Shown: piece after piece, positions 37,722 through 47,002 of the stretch
How positions within the stretch are numbered: position 1 is the first letter of the stretch
How the letters are laid out: every line of letters begins with the position of its first letter
Origin: Treponemataceae bacterium
GTDB lineage: Bacteria; Spirochaetota; Spirochaetia; Treponematales; Rectinemataceae
Direction: 5' to 3'
Length of the DNA: 64,000 bases
NCBI GenBank assembly: GCA_963677895.2
Contig: CAXXGJ010000017.1
Location: forward strand, 128,001 to 192,000
Notes under the pieces: generated by a model
The model's input: the letters and a program-made list of their open reading frames with translations, nothing else
The model's database searches: none
What the model was told of the DNA's origin: nothing
Program-made: the position numbers and the translations under genes

Positions 37722-39112
37722 ATGCCCCTCCTCGCTTTTTCGATGGCCTCAAGGCTCTTGTCCAGGTCCGGTCCCAGCCGTCGGGAGGCTCGTTCCATGA
37801 CAAGCCAGTCCTCTTCGATACGCATTCCGCCGCCGCCGCGCCATTTGCGCAGTTCGGCATAATTGATGAATGTTTCATGGAGACCTTCGGCCTCCCATTT
37901 GTCGATAAGGCCGGGAATGAAGTAGATGCCCGGCTCCACCGAATGGACCATGCCGGGCTTGAGCTTTTTCGCCAGCCTCAAGGAACTCAGACCGAACTGT
38001 TCGCTTCGCCTCGTGTCGGAATAGCCGACATTGTCCTCGCCCAGTCCCTCCATGTCGTGCACGTCGAGGCCGATCATGTGGCCGAGGCCGTGGGGGAAGA
38101 AAAGAGCGTGGGCGCCCGCGGCGACGGCTTCCTCCGGGTCGCCTCTCATTATCCCGAGCTGGACGAAGCCCCGCGCCAAGGCCAGGCTGGCGGCCCTGTG
38201 AGCGTCCGCGAAGGGCAATCCCGGCTTCAGGATTCGCGTAGCGTCCGCGAACATGGATAACAGCACCCGATAGACAGCCGCTTTTTGGAAAGGGAAGGTA
38301 CCGCCGACGGGAAAGCTCGTCGTGAGGTCGCCCGCGTAGCCCGAGGGCAGCTCGACTCCAGCATCGAGGAGGAACATATCGCCTTCGCGGCAGATGGAAT
38401 TTCTTTCGTGGTTATGGAGGACTTCTCCATGCACCGTTCCGATCGTGCCGAAGCTGAGCGCGCAGCCGCGCCGCGCGGCCGCGTATTGGAACAGCGCGGC
38501 GGCTTCCGTCTCGGTCCAGCCGGGACGCAGTTGCGTCAAAAGCATCGTATGGATCTCGGCGCTGACGGCGGTGGCTTTCTCCAGCTCCGCCACTTCCCTC
38601 TCTTCCTTTATTTCCCTCAGAGATAAGATCGCCTGGATGAGCTCGGGGCTGGCGCTGTCGCGGATGATGTCAGCGGGGATTTCGAGGATTCCCGCCACGC
38701 GGCGAATGGTCTCTTCCCTGGAGAAGGGAGGATAATGGATGGAAGGCGCCGACAGACCGGACAGATACCGCCCCGCAAGCGAAAGCGGCATGACGCAGTC
38801 GATTCCGGAAAGGGCCGCCAGTTCGGCGACCCCGCGCTTCGGTCCCGTCCATATCATATCGTCCATGGATACATCGTCTCCGAAGAGAATCGCGCTTCCG
38901 TCGGCGATATCGATGAGGGCCGTCATCGCGGGTTCGTTAAGGCCGATAAAATAGAGCCAGTTCGAATCCTGCCTGAAAGGATAGCAGTTGTCGGGGTAAT
39001 TTATGGGGCTTTCGGAATGGGAAGCGAGGAGGACAGATCCGCCGGCGCCGCGGTCGCGCAGCGAGGCCGCGAGTTTTCTTCGTCTAGAATCATATACGGA
39101 GCTTTCAAACAT
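37718..39112 (-). CDS. pepP: Xaa-Pro aminopeptidase
   Basis: FRQDSN, LHN, LDAG...GDLT, HGLGHMIGLDVHD, EPGIYF, RIEED. Confidence 0.92.
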   Translation of the reverse strand: MFESSVYDSRRRKLAASLRDRGAGGSVLLASHSESPINYPDNCYPFRQDSNWLYFIGLNEPAMTALIDIADGSAILFGDDVSMDDMIWTGPKRGVAELAALSGIDCVMPLSLAGRYLSGLSAPSIHYPPFSREETIRRVAGILEIPADIIRDSASPELIQAILSLREIKEEREVAELEKATAVSAEIHTMLLTQLRPGWTETEAAALFQYAAARRGCALSFGTIGTVHGEVLHNHERNSICREGDMFLLDAGVELPSGYAGDLTTSFPVGGTFPFQKAAVYRVLLSMFADATRILKPGLPFADAHRAASLALARGFVQLGIMRGDPEEAVAAGAHALFFPHGLGHMIGLDVHDMEGLGEDNVGYSDTRRSEQFGLSSLRLAKKLKPGMVHSVEPGIYFIPGLIDKWEAEGLHETFINYAELRKWRGGGGMRIEEDWLVMERASRRLGPDLDKSLEAIEKARRGI

Positions 39113-39118
39113 GAGGCC

Positions 39119-39147
39119 ATACTAAGCTCCGCCGATGCTTTGGTCAA
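39119..39147 (-). promoter_or_regulatory. Sigma70 promoter, leaderless geometry (pepP)
   Basis: TTGACC-N17-TAGTAT-N6-ATG. Confidence 0.65.
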
Positions 39148-39244
39148 CAAAGGACTCTCACGCCGCCCGGTCCTTTCCTATGGAAGGGGAAATTCTCTGT
39201 ATCCGTAAATGGCGAAACATCCAGCTTCGGATATGGTAATTATA

Positions 39245-39595
39245 ATGAACTATGTCCAGGAATGCCTCGCCATGAATCTCAGGACAAGACGGGCTGTCAT
39301 GAATCTGTCCCAGGAGGCGCTCGCCGAACAGGCAGGCCTTTCCCCTGGATTCATCGCCAACCTCGAGACGGGACGCAGCTGGCCCTCGGCCACGTCCCTG
39401 CTCAAACTCAGCATGGCATTGAAGATGGAGCCCTCCAAGCTCCTCGTCGACCCCCAAAAAGACGAGATAGGCTATACGAAGGAAGAACTCCTCATGATGT
39501 TCGAGCGGGTCAAAAACAACTTCCTGAAAGAACTGCCCTCCGGCTATTCCGCCCCGCGGCAGTTATTGGGCGAGAATAGCGCCAAGCATCGCTAA
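39245..39595 (+). CDS. XRE family HTH transcriptional regulator
   Basis: LSQEALAEQAGLSPGFIANLETGRSWPS; start could alternatively be 39209 or 39233. Confidence 0.85.
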   Translation: MNYVQECLAMNLRTRRAVMNLSQEALAEQAGLSPGFIANLETGRSWPSATSLLKLSMALKMEPSKLLVDPQKDEIGYTKEELLMMFERVKNNFLKELPSGYSAPRQLLGENSAKHR

Positions 39596-40944
39596 AGCCC
39601 CAACTTTTCCATCGCTTTCCGATTCCCCTCGGCTTTTTCAGCGTTCAACGTATTCATCCTAAGAAAAACCCATACGCCGATGACAAGAAGGACGGCCGGG
39701 ATCAAGGCTGTATGAAGCCGAATGCCCAACTGAGCCTTGGGAGCGCGGGGACTCTGGGCGAAACCCGTCAGACTGTGGGCTATCCAGAATGACACAGCCT
39801 GTACCGCGTAGGCGAGCCTTCCGGCGAACGCCCTGAAGCCGATATAGACACCGTCGTCCCGCTTTTTCGTCGTCACGACGATCTCGTCGATCACATCGGC
39901 CATGGCAGGCGTCATCAGCATCCAGAAGCCGCCGAAGGAAATACCCCAGGCGAACATCGCGGCCACGAATCCGTTGTGGCTGGTCACGAACATGAGAGGG
40001 ACGCAGAAAACGGCGAGCCCAAGAGCCGAGAGAGCGAGCAGTGTCTGATTGGATTTTATGCGCTTCTTGATCCCCAGCCACAGGGGAATGCCCGCCAGGG
40101 CGCCGGCGAGCATGCCGGCGAAAATGAGGGTCGTGCTCCTGCCGCCCAGAAGATAGTCACCCACGTAGTGGATTGAGGCTGTCATGGAAATCGTGGCCGA
40201 CTGGTAGAAAAAATACAGCAGTATGAAAGCGAGGAAATTGCGGCATGAAAACGCCGCCTTCAGCTGGGTTTTCAGCGAGGCTTTTTCCTTTCGGGCGGCT
40301 TCCTGGGCAAGATAGCGGGCTATCATGTCGGGCGTTTCGCGCACGCCGGGCAGGAGAAGGAGGGCCGCCGCGACGCTCACGGCGGCGAAGATGAAGGCAT
40401 TCCCGAGGTAGGTCGCGGGTTGGCCATAGCGTACGAAGAAGGTGGGCAGGACCGCGCCTCCGGCCACGCCCACTACGCCGATGAGGGTGGCTATCCCGGC
40501 GGCTTTCGCCCTCGGGGCTTCCTCCCTGAACTTGTCGGGGAAGAGGGATTGATAGTTGACTTCCCAGGTGGAGTAGAGGGCGTCATAGAGACAGATGGAA
40601 AGGAGGAGCCAGAGGAAGGTTATGCCGACGGGAGCGGCGGGCGGGGCGAAGATAAGGACGAAGGCCAGCGCGCAGGACAAGGATCCGGCGACGATCCAGG
40701 GAAAACGGCGGCCATGACGGCCGGTGAATCGCGTGGGCCGGGAAGTAAGGAAGCCGATCAAGGGATCGTTCAGGGCATTCCAGGCTGAATAGAGAACGAT
40801 CGCCAAGGCCACGAGGCCGGCGGGAAGCCCGATTTCCGTCTCATAGTATTTGAAAACAAGGGAAGCGAAGGCGCCCGTCAGGAATTCAGCGAGAAATTTC
40901 CCTGTTCCGTAGGATGCCATAAGGGGGATCGTGTTTTTGGCCAT
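39592..40944 (-). CDS. MFS transporter, GPH (MelB-like) family
   Basis: WNALNDPLIG...GRHGRRFPW, ADVIDE...DGVYIG. Confidence 0.88.
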   Translation of the reverse strand: MAKNTIPLMASYGTGKFLAEFLTGAFASLVFKYYETEIGLPAGLVALAIVLYSAWNALNDPLIGFLTSRPTRFTGRHGRRFPWIVAGSLSCALAFVLIFAPPAAPVGITFLWLLLSICLYDALYSTWEVNYQSLFPDKFREEAPRAKAAGIATLIGVVGVAGGAVLPTFFVRYGQPATYLGNAFIFAAVSVAAALLLLPGVRETPDMIARYLAQEAARKEKASLKTQLKAAFSCRNFLAFILLYFFYQSATISMTASIHYVGDYLLGGRSTTLIFAGMLAGALAGIPLWLGIKKRIKSNQTLLALSALGLAVFCVPLMFVTSHNGFVAAMFAWGISFGGFWMLMTPAMADVIDEIVVTTKKRDDGVYIGFRAFAGRLAYAVQAVSFWIAHSLTGFAQSPRAPKAQLGIRLHTALIPAVLLVIGVWVFLRMNTLNAEKAEGNRKAMEKLGL

Positions 40945-40950
40945 GGGCGA

Positions 40951-41044
40951 ATACTACCTTCAGCCTCTGGGGAAATCAACAAGAACCTTGAGGAAGGGGC
41001 CGGATATGATCAAGGTTGACAGTCGGAAGGATAGTTTCTAGTAT
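40951..41044. promoter_or_regulatory. Back-to-back sigma70 promoters, both with leaderless geometry
   Basis: Minus strand: TTGATT-N17-TAGTAT-N6-ATG(40944). Plus strand: TTGACA-N17-TAGTAT-N6-ATG(41051). Confidence 0.65.
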
Positions 41045-41050
41045 TGGACG

Positions 41051-42571
41051 ATGATACAGAGGCCCTTCTCGATTCGCGTCCTCGCCGTTCTTTTTTCGGC
41101 GGTCTGGATGGCGCTGCCGCCCATGGCGAACCATCTTTTTGCCCAAACCCCCAAGCCCGCAACCCTTTCAGCCTATACCCTGCCCGCGTCCATTTCGACC
41201 TACACCCTGGACAATGGCATGGACGTCATCCTCCTGCCCCTTCCCGAAAGCGCCGCGGTTTCATTGGGCATCGTGTTCAGGGGCGGAGCCGAAGCCCAGA
41301 CGAAAAAAAACGCGGGCTTGTTTCACCTGCTTGAAAAAGTGCTGTTCAGAGGTTCGGCGATCGCTCCGGGCGAACCCGAACCGGCGGGAGCGATGGATTC
41401 CCTCGGCGCCATGGCAATCGAGGGAGGCGCCCAGGCCGATCGCTTCGGCCTCACTTTTCTTCTTCCCCCCGAGATGCTCGGCCAGGGCCTGGACACGATC
41501 GCCTACCTCTTTTCGGGCTTGCGGCTGGAGACGGTTTTTTCCGACGCGCTTACGCTCGAGAAAGCGAGGAGTTCCAGCCTGGCCGATATGGAACAGGCTT
41601 TTTCGGACCCGAAAGCCATCTTTGAGGCGGCCATGGCTAAAAAACTCTTCTCGGCCGCGCCTTGGCGCTTCGATATTCTGGGGACGGACGCCATCGTCAA
41701 CGCGGCGACCGAGGATGAACTCAAGGGAATCGCGGCCGCCTGGCTCGTGCCCAACAACGCGGCTCTCGTCATAGCCGGCAACTTCGCGGCGGAAACGCTG
41801 CGGCCCATGATAGAAAAAGCCTTTTCCTCCTGGAAAAAGACATCCGATCCCTGGAAGACGGCGCTTACCGCCCTGCCGAAACCCGGGGTCACTCGCCCCA
41901 CCCTCATGGTCTATGCCGATCCTTCCGTTCCCGCCGGGGAAGCGCTCATCGAAATGCGCTACCGCGCTCCGGACGCGGGATCCAGCCGTTCCGCGGCCGC
42001 CGAATTCTGGGCGGAAATGGCTTCCCAGCCGGGATCGAGGCTCGTCCAGGCCATCGCCAAAGGCATGCCCAAGTGGTCCTCTCCCTCAGCCATCGGCGCC
42101 AAGTATCAGCTTTCGAGAAACGCCTCGTGGTTCTCCGTATCGACGAGAATGCTTCTCGACGCGAAGGGAAACGCGGCTGAAAGCGTCTTCACTTTCAAGG
42201 AGATCGTGCGCGGTTCTGAAATGTATGCCATGAAAACCAACACCGGCTATTTCACCTCGAAGGAATACGAACGGGCAAGGGAAGCGCTCGCGGAAAAACG
42301 GAACGATATGTTCACCGATCCACAGGAAGCCGGTTCAGCCATCGCCGATGGATGGATTCTGGGAGGAAACGCCTGGATGCAGACCTGGTCGGATCGTATA
42401 GGCTCTATAACAAGCAAGGATATCACGGCCTTCGCCGACGAATACTTCATGAAAAACCTGGAAGTGGTGGCGATCCATCTCGAGCCCAAGGACTACGCGG
42501 CCAGGAAAAAAAGTTTCGACGCTTTCGGGTTCGAGATCATTACGGCGCAAAAAGCCTTCTGGTGGAAATAG
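41051..42571 (+). CDS. M16 (insulinase) family protein, exported, probably catalytically inactive
   Basis: TLDNGMDV, GLFHLLEKVLFRGS (HxxEH changed to HxxEK), PNNAALVIAG; N-terminal signal/TM segment. Confidence 0.8.
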   Translation: MIQRPFSIRVLAVLFSAVWMALPPMANHLFAQTPKPATLSAYTLPASISTYTLDNGMDVILLPLPESAAVSLGIVFRGGAEAQTKKNAGLFHLLEKVLFRGSAIAPGEPEPAGAMDSLGAMAIEGGAQADRFGLTFLLPPEMLGQGLDTIAYLFSGLRLETVFSDALTLEKARSSSLADMEQAFSDPKAIFEAAMAKKLFSAAPWRFDILGTDAIVNAATEDELKGIAAAWLVPNNAALVIAGNFAAETLRPMIEKAFSSWKKTSDPWKTALTALPKPGVTRPTLMVYADPSVPAGEALIEMRYRAPDAGSSRSAAAEFWAEMASQPGSRLVQAIAKGMPKWSSPSAIGAKYQLSRNASWFSVSTRMLLDAKGNAAESVFTFKEIVRGSEMYAMKTNTGYFTSKEYERAREALAEKRNDMFTDPQEAGSAIADGWILGGNAWMQTWSDRIGSITSKDITAFADEYFMKNLEVVAIHLEPKDYAARKKSFDAFGFEIITAQKAFWWK

Positions 42572-42613
42572 ACTCTACGGACGGGGCAAAAGCGCGGGCT
42601 GGAAAAGGCGCCC

Positions 42614-44932
42614 TCATTCTTCTTCGATGGAGATAATGCTCGGCAGCCCTTTGAGCGCCTTGGAGACTTTCTTCAGATTCTCCCTCGTGTCGGTTTCCAT
42701 GGTGAAAAAACCCGAAAAGGTTCCATCGCCGCGTTCACCCAGCTTGCCCTCGCGCAGGCGGCCCGCGAATTTCCTCACCGCGTTCTCGATTTCCGAAAAA
42801 ATGCCCGGCTCCATCTTCGTCGAGACCCTGAATCTCGCTATGCAGTACGAGGCGTCTTCCCAGCGCACTTCGATTTTCCGCTGCGCGAAGTCCGCCACGG
42901 CGTTTATCGACTTGCAGTCCGCCCGGTGGATGATGATGCCCCTGCCCCTCGAGACGTAGCCCACGATGGCGTCCCCCGTAACCGGCATGCAGCAGCCGGC
43001 GATGCGTATCATCATATTCCTCGCGCCGTTTATCGACAGGCCTACGTGGTCGCTCCTGAGTTCCTGTTGGGGCTTGTAGGTGCGGAACTCCACTTCGGTC
43101 CGGCCATGTTCGGCGCCAGCGATGGCGGCCGAGGCGAAGGTTTTCTCGGCGAGCAGCTTCGCCTCTTCTTGCTGCGCGGCTTCCCTCGATTTTTCGTCGG
43201 AGGGCTTCTTGCCGACGACGATGCTCTTGTCGATGGCCAGGGCTTGGCCGCTCTGGACCAGGATAGCCCTGATCTTCGATCGAGCCTTGGACGTGTGGGC
43301 GAGCTTGAGCCAATTCAGATTGGGCTTGGCGAGCGGCGAGGTGATGATTTCGACGATTTGCGTATTCTTGAGTTCGGCGTCGAGGGGAATGATGGCGCCG
43401 TCAGCTCTTGCGCCCAGGCAGTGAGACCCTACGTCCGTATGGATGGCGAAGGCGAAATCTATGGCTGTCGCTCCCGAGGGCAGCTCTATGACCTCGCCCC
43501 GGGGGGTGAAGACGAAAATTGAATCCTTCAGGAGTTCCCGTTTTATCTCATCGAGGTATTCGGCTCCCTGGGAGACGAATTCGTTCCACTGCTTCAGCCT
43601 GTTGATGATGGGAAGGTCCTCGAGCCGGGGACGTTCGGTGGTGGATCCCTTTTTATAAAGCCAATGGGAGGCGACGCCGAACTCCGCGATGGCGTGCATG
43701 TAGCGCGTGCGGATCTGGACCTCGAGGAGCTGGCCGTCGTAGCACATCACCGTCGTGTGCAGGCTTCTGTAGCCGTTGGCCTTCGGCATGGCGATATAGT
43801 CCTTGAATCGGCCGTCTATGGGCTTCCAGAGCCTGTGGACGAGACCGAGCAGGGCATAGCAGTCGTTGTCGCTTTCACAGATGAGCCTCAAACCCAGCAG
43901 ATCGTAGAGCTCTTCGGCCGGCTTGCCCTTTCTGCGCATCTTCTGGTAGATCGAATAGAAATGCTTGGCGCGGGAGCCTACCTCGACGCTGATGCCTTCC
44001 TTCAGGGAAGCCCTGCGGATTTCCTCGCTCACCCTGGCGAGGAATTTTTCTCTCGTTCCTTTCTTGGCGGACACGATTTCCTTTATCTGGTCGAAGACTT
44101 CCCTGTTGAGCACCTTGAGGGAGAGATCCTCCAGTTCGTCCTTGAGCCAGGAAATGCCGAGCCTGTCGGCGAGAGGGGCGAAAATATCGAGGGTTTCGGC
44201 CGCGATGGTCTTCTGTCTGTCTTCTGGCAGCGATTTCAGGGTGCGCATGCTGTCCAGTTTGTCGGCGAGCTTGACGATGATGACGCGGATGTCGCCCGTC
44301 ATGGCGAAGAGCATTTTCCGCATCGTCTCGGCCGCCTGCACGGTCTTGTTCTTGGCGCGGACGGTGGAAAGCCTCGCCACTCCCGCGACGATTTTGGCCG
44401 TGTCTTCCCCGAACTCCGCCGTTATAACGGGGTCGGGGACGGCTCCCAGAGCCTTTCTGTGCGCTTCCTTCTGGCGATCCTCGAGTTTCTGCTCCTGGTG
44501 TCCGGGTTTTCCTTTACGCACCGGCGAGGCTTCCGAACCGGCCGCTTTGCCTGCTTCAGGCCCGGTTCCCGGTTCCGTCGCACGGTCGACGCTCTTGCCG
44601 GCGGCATGGTCAGGGCTCTTGCCGGCGGCATGGCCCGATGATGATGATGAGGATGAGGCGGCTGATCCGTCATTTTTCGGAAAATAACCGGAGGTTCGAT
44701 GTTCGGTGATGTCGTGGACGAGGCCGGCGATCACCGAATCCAAATCCATGCCCATGTCGAGAAGGGTGGAAGCGACGCGGAAGTCATGTTCCCACGCTGG
44801 CTCGCCGGAAGCGCGCAGCGACGCTCCATGCTTTTCCTTGGCCCAGCCGATGGCCTTGGAGACGAGGGCGGCCCCTTCATCGCCAAAGCTGCCGCGGACT
44901 TTCTCCTGAAACTGAACGATCTTCTCATCCAT
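42614..44932 (-). CDS. relA: Long RelA/SpoT homologue, (p)ppGpp synthetase/hydrolase
   Basis: VKLADKL, APLADRLGI, KDYIAMPKANGYRSLHT, EVQIRT, TGS domain (DFAFAIHT), CCxP ZFD, ACT domain; start MDEKIV. Confidence 0.93.
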   Translation of the reverse strand: MDEKIVQFQEKVRGSFGDEGAALVSKAIGWAKEKHGASLRASGEPAWEHDFRVASTLLDMGMDLDSVIAGLVHDITEHRTSGYFPKNDGSAASSSSSSSGHAAGKSPDHAAGKSVDRATEPGTGPEAGKAAGSEASPVRKGKPGHQEQKLEDRQKEAHRKALGAVPDPVITAEFGEDTAKIVAGVARLSTVRAKNKTVQAAETMRKMLFAMTGDIRVIIVKLADKLDSMRTLKSLPEDRQKTIAAETLDIFAPLADRLGISWLKDELEDLSLKVLNREVFDQIKEIVSAKKGTREKFLARVSEEIRRASLKEGISVEVGSRAKHFYSIYQKMRRKGKPAEELYDLLGLRLICESDNDCYALLGLVHRLWKPIDGRFKDYIAMPKANGYRSLHTTVMCYDGQLLEVQIRTRYMHAIAEFGVASHWLYKKGSTTERPRLEDLPIINRLKQWNEFVSQGAEYLDEIKRELLKDSIFVFTPRGEVIELPSGATAIDFAFAIHTDVGSHCLGARADGAIIPLDAELKNTQIVEIITSPLAKPNLNWLKLAHTSKARSKIRAILVQSGQALAIDKSIVVGKKPSDEKSREAAQQEEAKLLAEKTFASAAIAGAEHGRTEVEFRTYKPQQELRSDHVGLSINGARNMMIRIAGCCMPVTGDAIVGYVSRGRGIIIHRADCKSINAVADFAQRKIEVRWEDASYCIARFRVSTKMEPGIFSEIENAVRKFAGRLREGKLGERGDGTFSGFFTMETDTRENLKKVSKALKGLPSIISIEEE
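44591..44656. repeat. 24-nt-period direct repeat plus (GAT)n tract within the Rel insertion
   Basis: GCTCTTGCCGGCGGCATGG at 44591 and 44615 (HAAGKS twice), then gatgatgatgatgaggatga (poly-Ser on the minus strand). Confidence 0.8.
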
Positions 44933-44946
44933 CGTCGACGCTCCAC

Positions 44947-45807
44947 TCAGGGTTTTCTGGCTCCCGTGATCCTGTCCAGGCCCGCGAGATCCCTCCATAC
45001 TCTTATATCGACAAAACCTTCGCTCCTGAACATAACACGGAGGGATTCGGATTGCAAAGCGTCGGTTTCTATTAAAAGAAACCCGCCGGGGGCAAGGAAT
45101 GCGCCAGCCTGGCGAACGAGGCGGGAGACGATATCGAGGCCGTCGGGGCCGCCGTCCAGCGCCAGCGCGGGCTCCTTCCACCCCTGAGAGAGCAGGGCGG
45201 CCGTCTCCCCGGTCGGCACGTAAGGAGGATTGGCCGTTATGATGTCGAAAGGACCTTCGAGGCCCGCAAGGAGATCGGCGAGAAGAAGAGGTAGTTTTTT
45301 TTCAAGAAGCCGGGACGCGTTCGCGCGGGCGACGTCGAGGGCATCGGCCGAGATATCCGACGCGCTCACCGACCAGGCCGGCTTTTCGGCGGCGATGCTG
45401 ATGGCTACGGCCCCCGATCCAGTGCAGAGATCGTGGAGGCGAAGCGCATGGCCGTCCGGCTCCATGGCGTCGCCCACTTCGAGGGCCGCGGACACGAGGG
45501 TCTCGGTATCGGGTCTCGGCGCCAGAACCCTCCGGTCGACGAGAAAATCCCGGCCGAAAAATTCTTTCATGCCGACGATATAGGCGACGCTTTCGCCGGC
45601 GAGACGGCGAGCCCAGCCCTCCTCGAATGAGGGAGGGATGTCGCCAGGGGCGATCGTTTCAGGATACTTCATCAGAAGCTGGGTTCTTGGAATGCCCAGA
45701 CAGCGGGCGAGAATCAGGGAGACATCGAGAAAAGCCGTATCGTCGGAGCCGTTTTGCCGCCGACGCAGTTCGGCCGCCTTCGCGGCGAGAAATTCCCTAT
45801 AGGTCAT
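44947..45807 (-). CDS. prmC: Release factor glutamine methyltransferase
   Basis: PRPDTETLV, DLCTGSG, NPPY; downstream of prfA. Confidence 0.95.
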   Translation of the reverse strand: MTYREFLAAKAAELRRRQNGSDDTAFLDVSLILARCLGIPRTQLLMKYPETIAPGDIPPSFEEGWARRLAGESVAYIVGMKEFFGRDFLVDRRVLAPRPDTETLVSAALEVGDAMEPDGHALRLHDLCTGSGAVAISIAAEKPAWSVSASDISADALDVARANASRLLEKKLPLLLADLLAGLEGPFDIITANPPYVPTGETAALLSQGWKEPALALDGGPDGLDIVSRLVRQAGAFLAPGGFLLIETDALQSESLRVMFRSEGFVDIRVWRDLAGLDRITGARKP

Positions 45808-45843
45808 CGCAGAAGGCGGTCGACCGCCCACGTTTTTTTGGCA

Positions 45844-46911
45844 TTAGGCGCCGCCCTCGAGGGCTTTCCTTCGCGCGTCGGCCACGAGGGCATCGACGAG
45901 TTCCCCGATGTCGCCTTCCATAATCAGGTCGAGCTTGTACAGCGTCAGATCGATGCGATGGTCGGTGAGCCTATTCTGCGGGAAATTATAGGTGCGGATG
46001 CGTTCGGAACGGTCGCCTGTACCCACCTGGCTCTTACGGTCGGCCGAACGTTCGGCCTGCAGCTTGGCGTCCTCCAGCTCGAAAAGCCTGGCACGGAGGA
46101 TGCGCATGGCCTTGGCCTTGTTCTTTATCTGGCTTTTCTCGTCCTGGCAGTGGACGACGAGCCCCGAGGGAAGGTGGGTGATGCGCACCGCCGAGTCGGT
46201 GGTGTTGACGCTCTGCCCGCCGGGGCCGCCTGAACGCATGACATCGATACGCAGATCTTCCTGCTTAATGTCGATCTCGGTCTCTTCCATCTCGGGGAGC
46301 ACGGCCACCGTCACGGCGCTCGTGTGGATTCGCCCGGAGTTCTCCGTGGAGGGAACCCTCTGGACCCTGTGCACGCCGGATTCCCAACGCAGCTTTTCGT
46401 AGACGGACTCGCCGTTCACCGAAAAGATTATTTCCTTGAAACCGCCCAGCTCCGTCTCGCTCGCGCTCATCACTTCGATGCGCCAGCTCTGGGAATCGGA
46501 ATAGTGGGAATACATCCGGAAGAGGTCGGCGACAAAGAGCGCGGCCTCGTCGCCGCCGGTGCCCGCCCTGATTTCCATGATCACCGACTTGTCGGCGAGA
46601 GGATCGCGCGGCGCGAGAAGGTCGCTGAGCGCTATTTCCAGTTCCTTCCGCCTGGCTTCCAGAAGATCGAATTCCTCCTGGGCCATGGAGCGCAGCTCGG
46701 GATCGGATTCGCCCTTGAGCATCGCCGTAGCGTCGGAGAGCCCCGCGAGGACCCCCTCGAACTTGGCCGCCATCTCGTCGATCGCGGAAAGACGGGATCT
46801 CTCCCTCATGATATCTCTATATTTCGTCTGATCCTTGAGGATCGCCGGATCTGAGACCATCGTATCGAGTTCGTGCAGGCGCTCGCGGATGCCTTGTATT
46901 CTGTCTATCAC
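45844..46911 (-). CDS. prfA: Peptide chain release factor 1
   Basis: GTGGDEA, VQRVPST (PxT), GGQ, RTYNFPQ; GTG start. Confidence 0.97.
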   Translation of the reverse strand: MIDRIQGIRERLHELDTMVSDPAILKDQTKYRDIMRERSRLSAIDEMAAKFEGVLAGLSDATAMLKGESDPELRSMAQEEFDLLEARRKELEIALSDLLAPRDPLADKSVIMEIRAGTGGDEAALFVADLFRMYSHYSDSQSWRIEVMSASETELGGFKEIIFSVNGESVYEKLRWESGVHRVQRVPSTENSGRIHTSAVTVAVLPEMEETEIDIKQEDLRIDVMRSGGPGGQSVNTTDSAVRITHLPSGLVVHCQDEKSQIKNKAKAMRILRARLFELEDAKLQAERSADRKSQVGTGDRSERIRTYNFPQNRLTDHRIDLTLYKLDLIMEGDIGELVDALVADARRKALEGGA

Positions 46912-47002
46912 GAATCCATCGTAACCTGCATCGGGCTTTCGCTTCAAGAAGCCGTAAGGCCTCCTTGTGTTTCGGAAAGCGGATGTATATCATTCCGCCA
47001 TT

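Noticed and set aside
44933..45181. N-terminal extension of relA in the ORF track (likewise livG to 19321 and the amidohydrolase to 33247)
   Set aside because: These extensions overlap the upstream genes; internal starts with RBS or stop-start overlaps fit better, so no fusion or frameshift is implied
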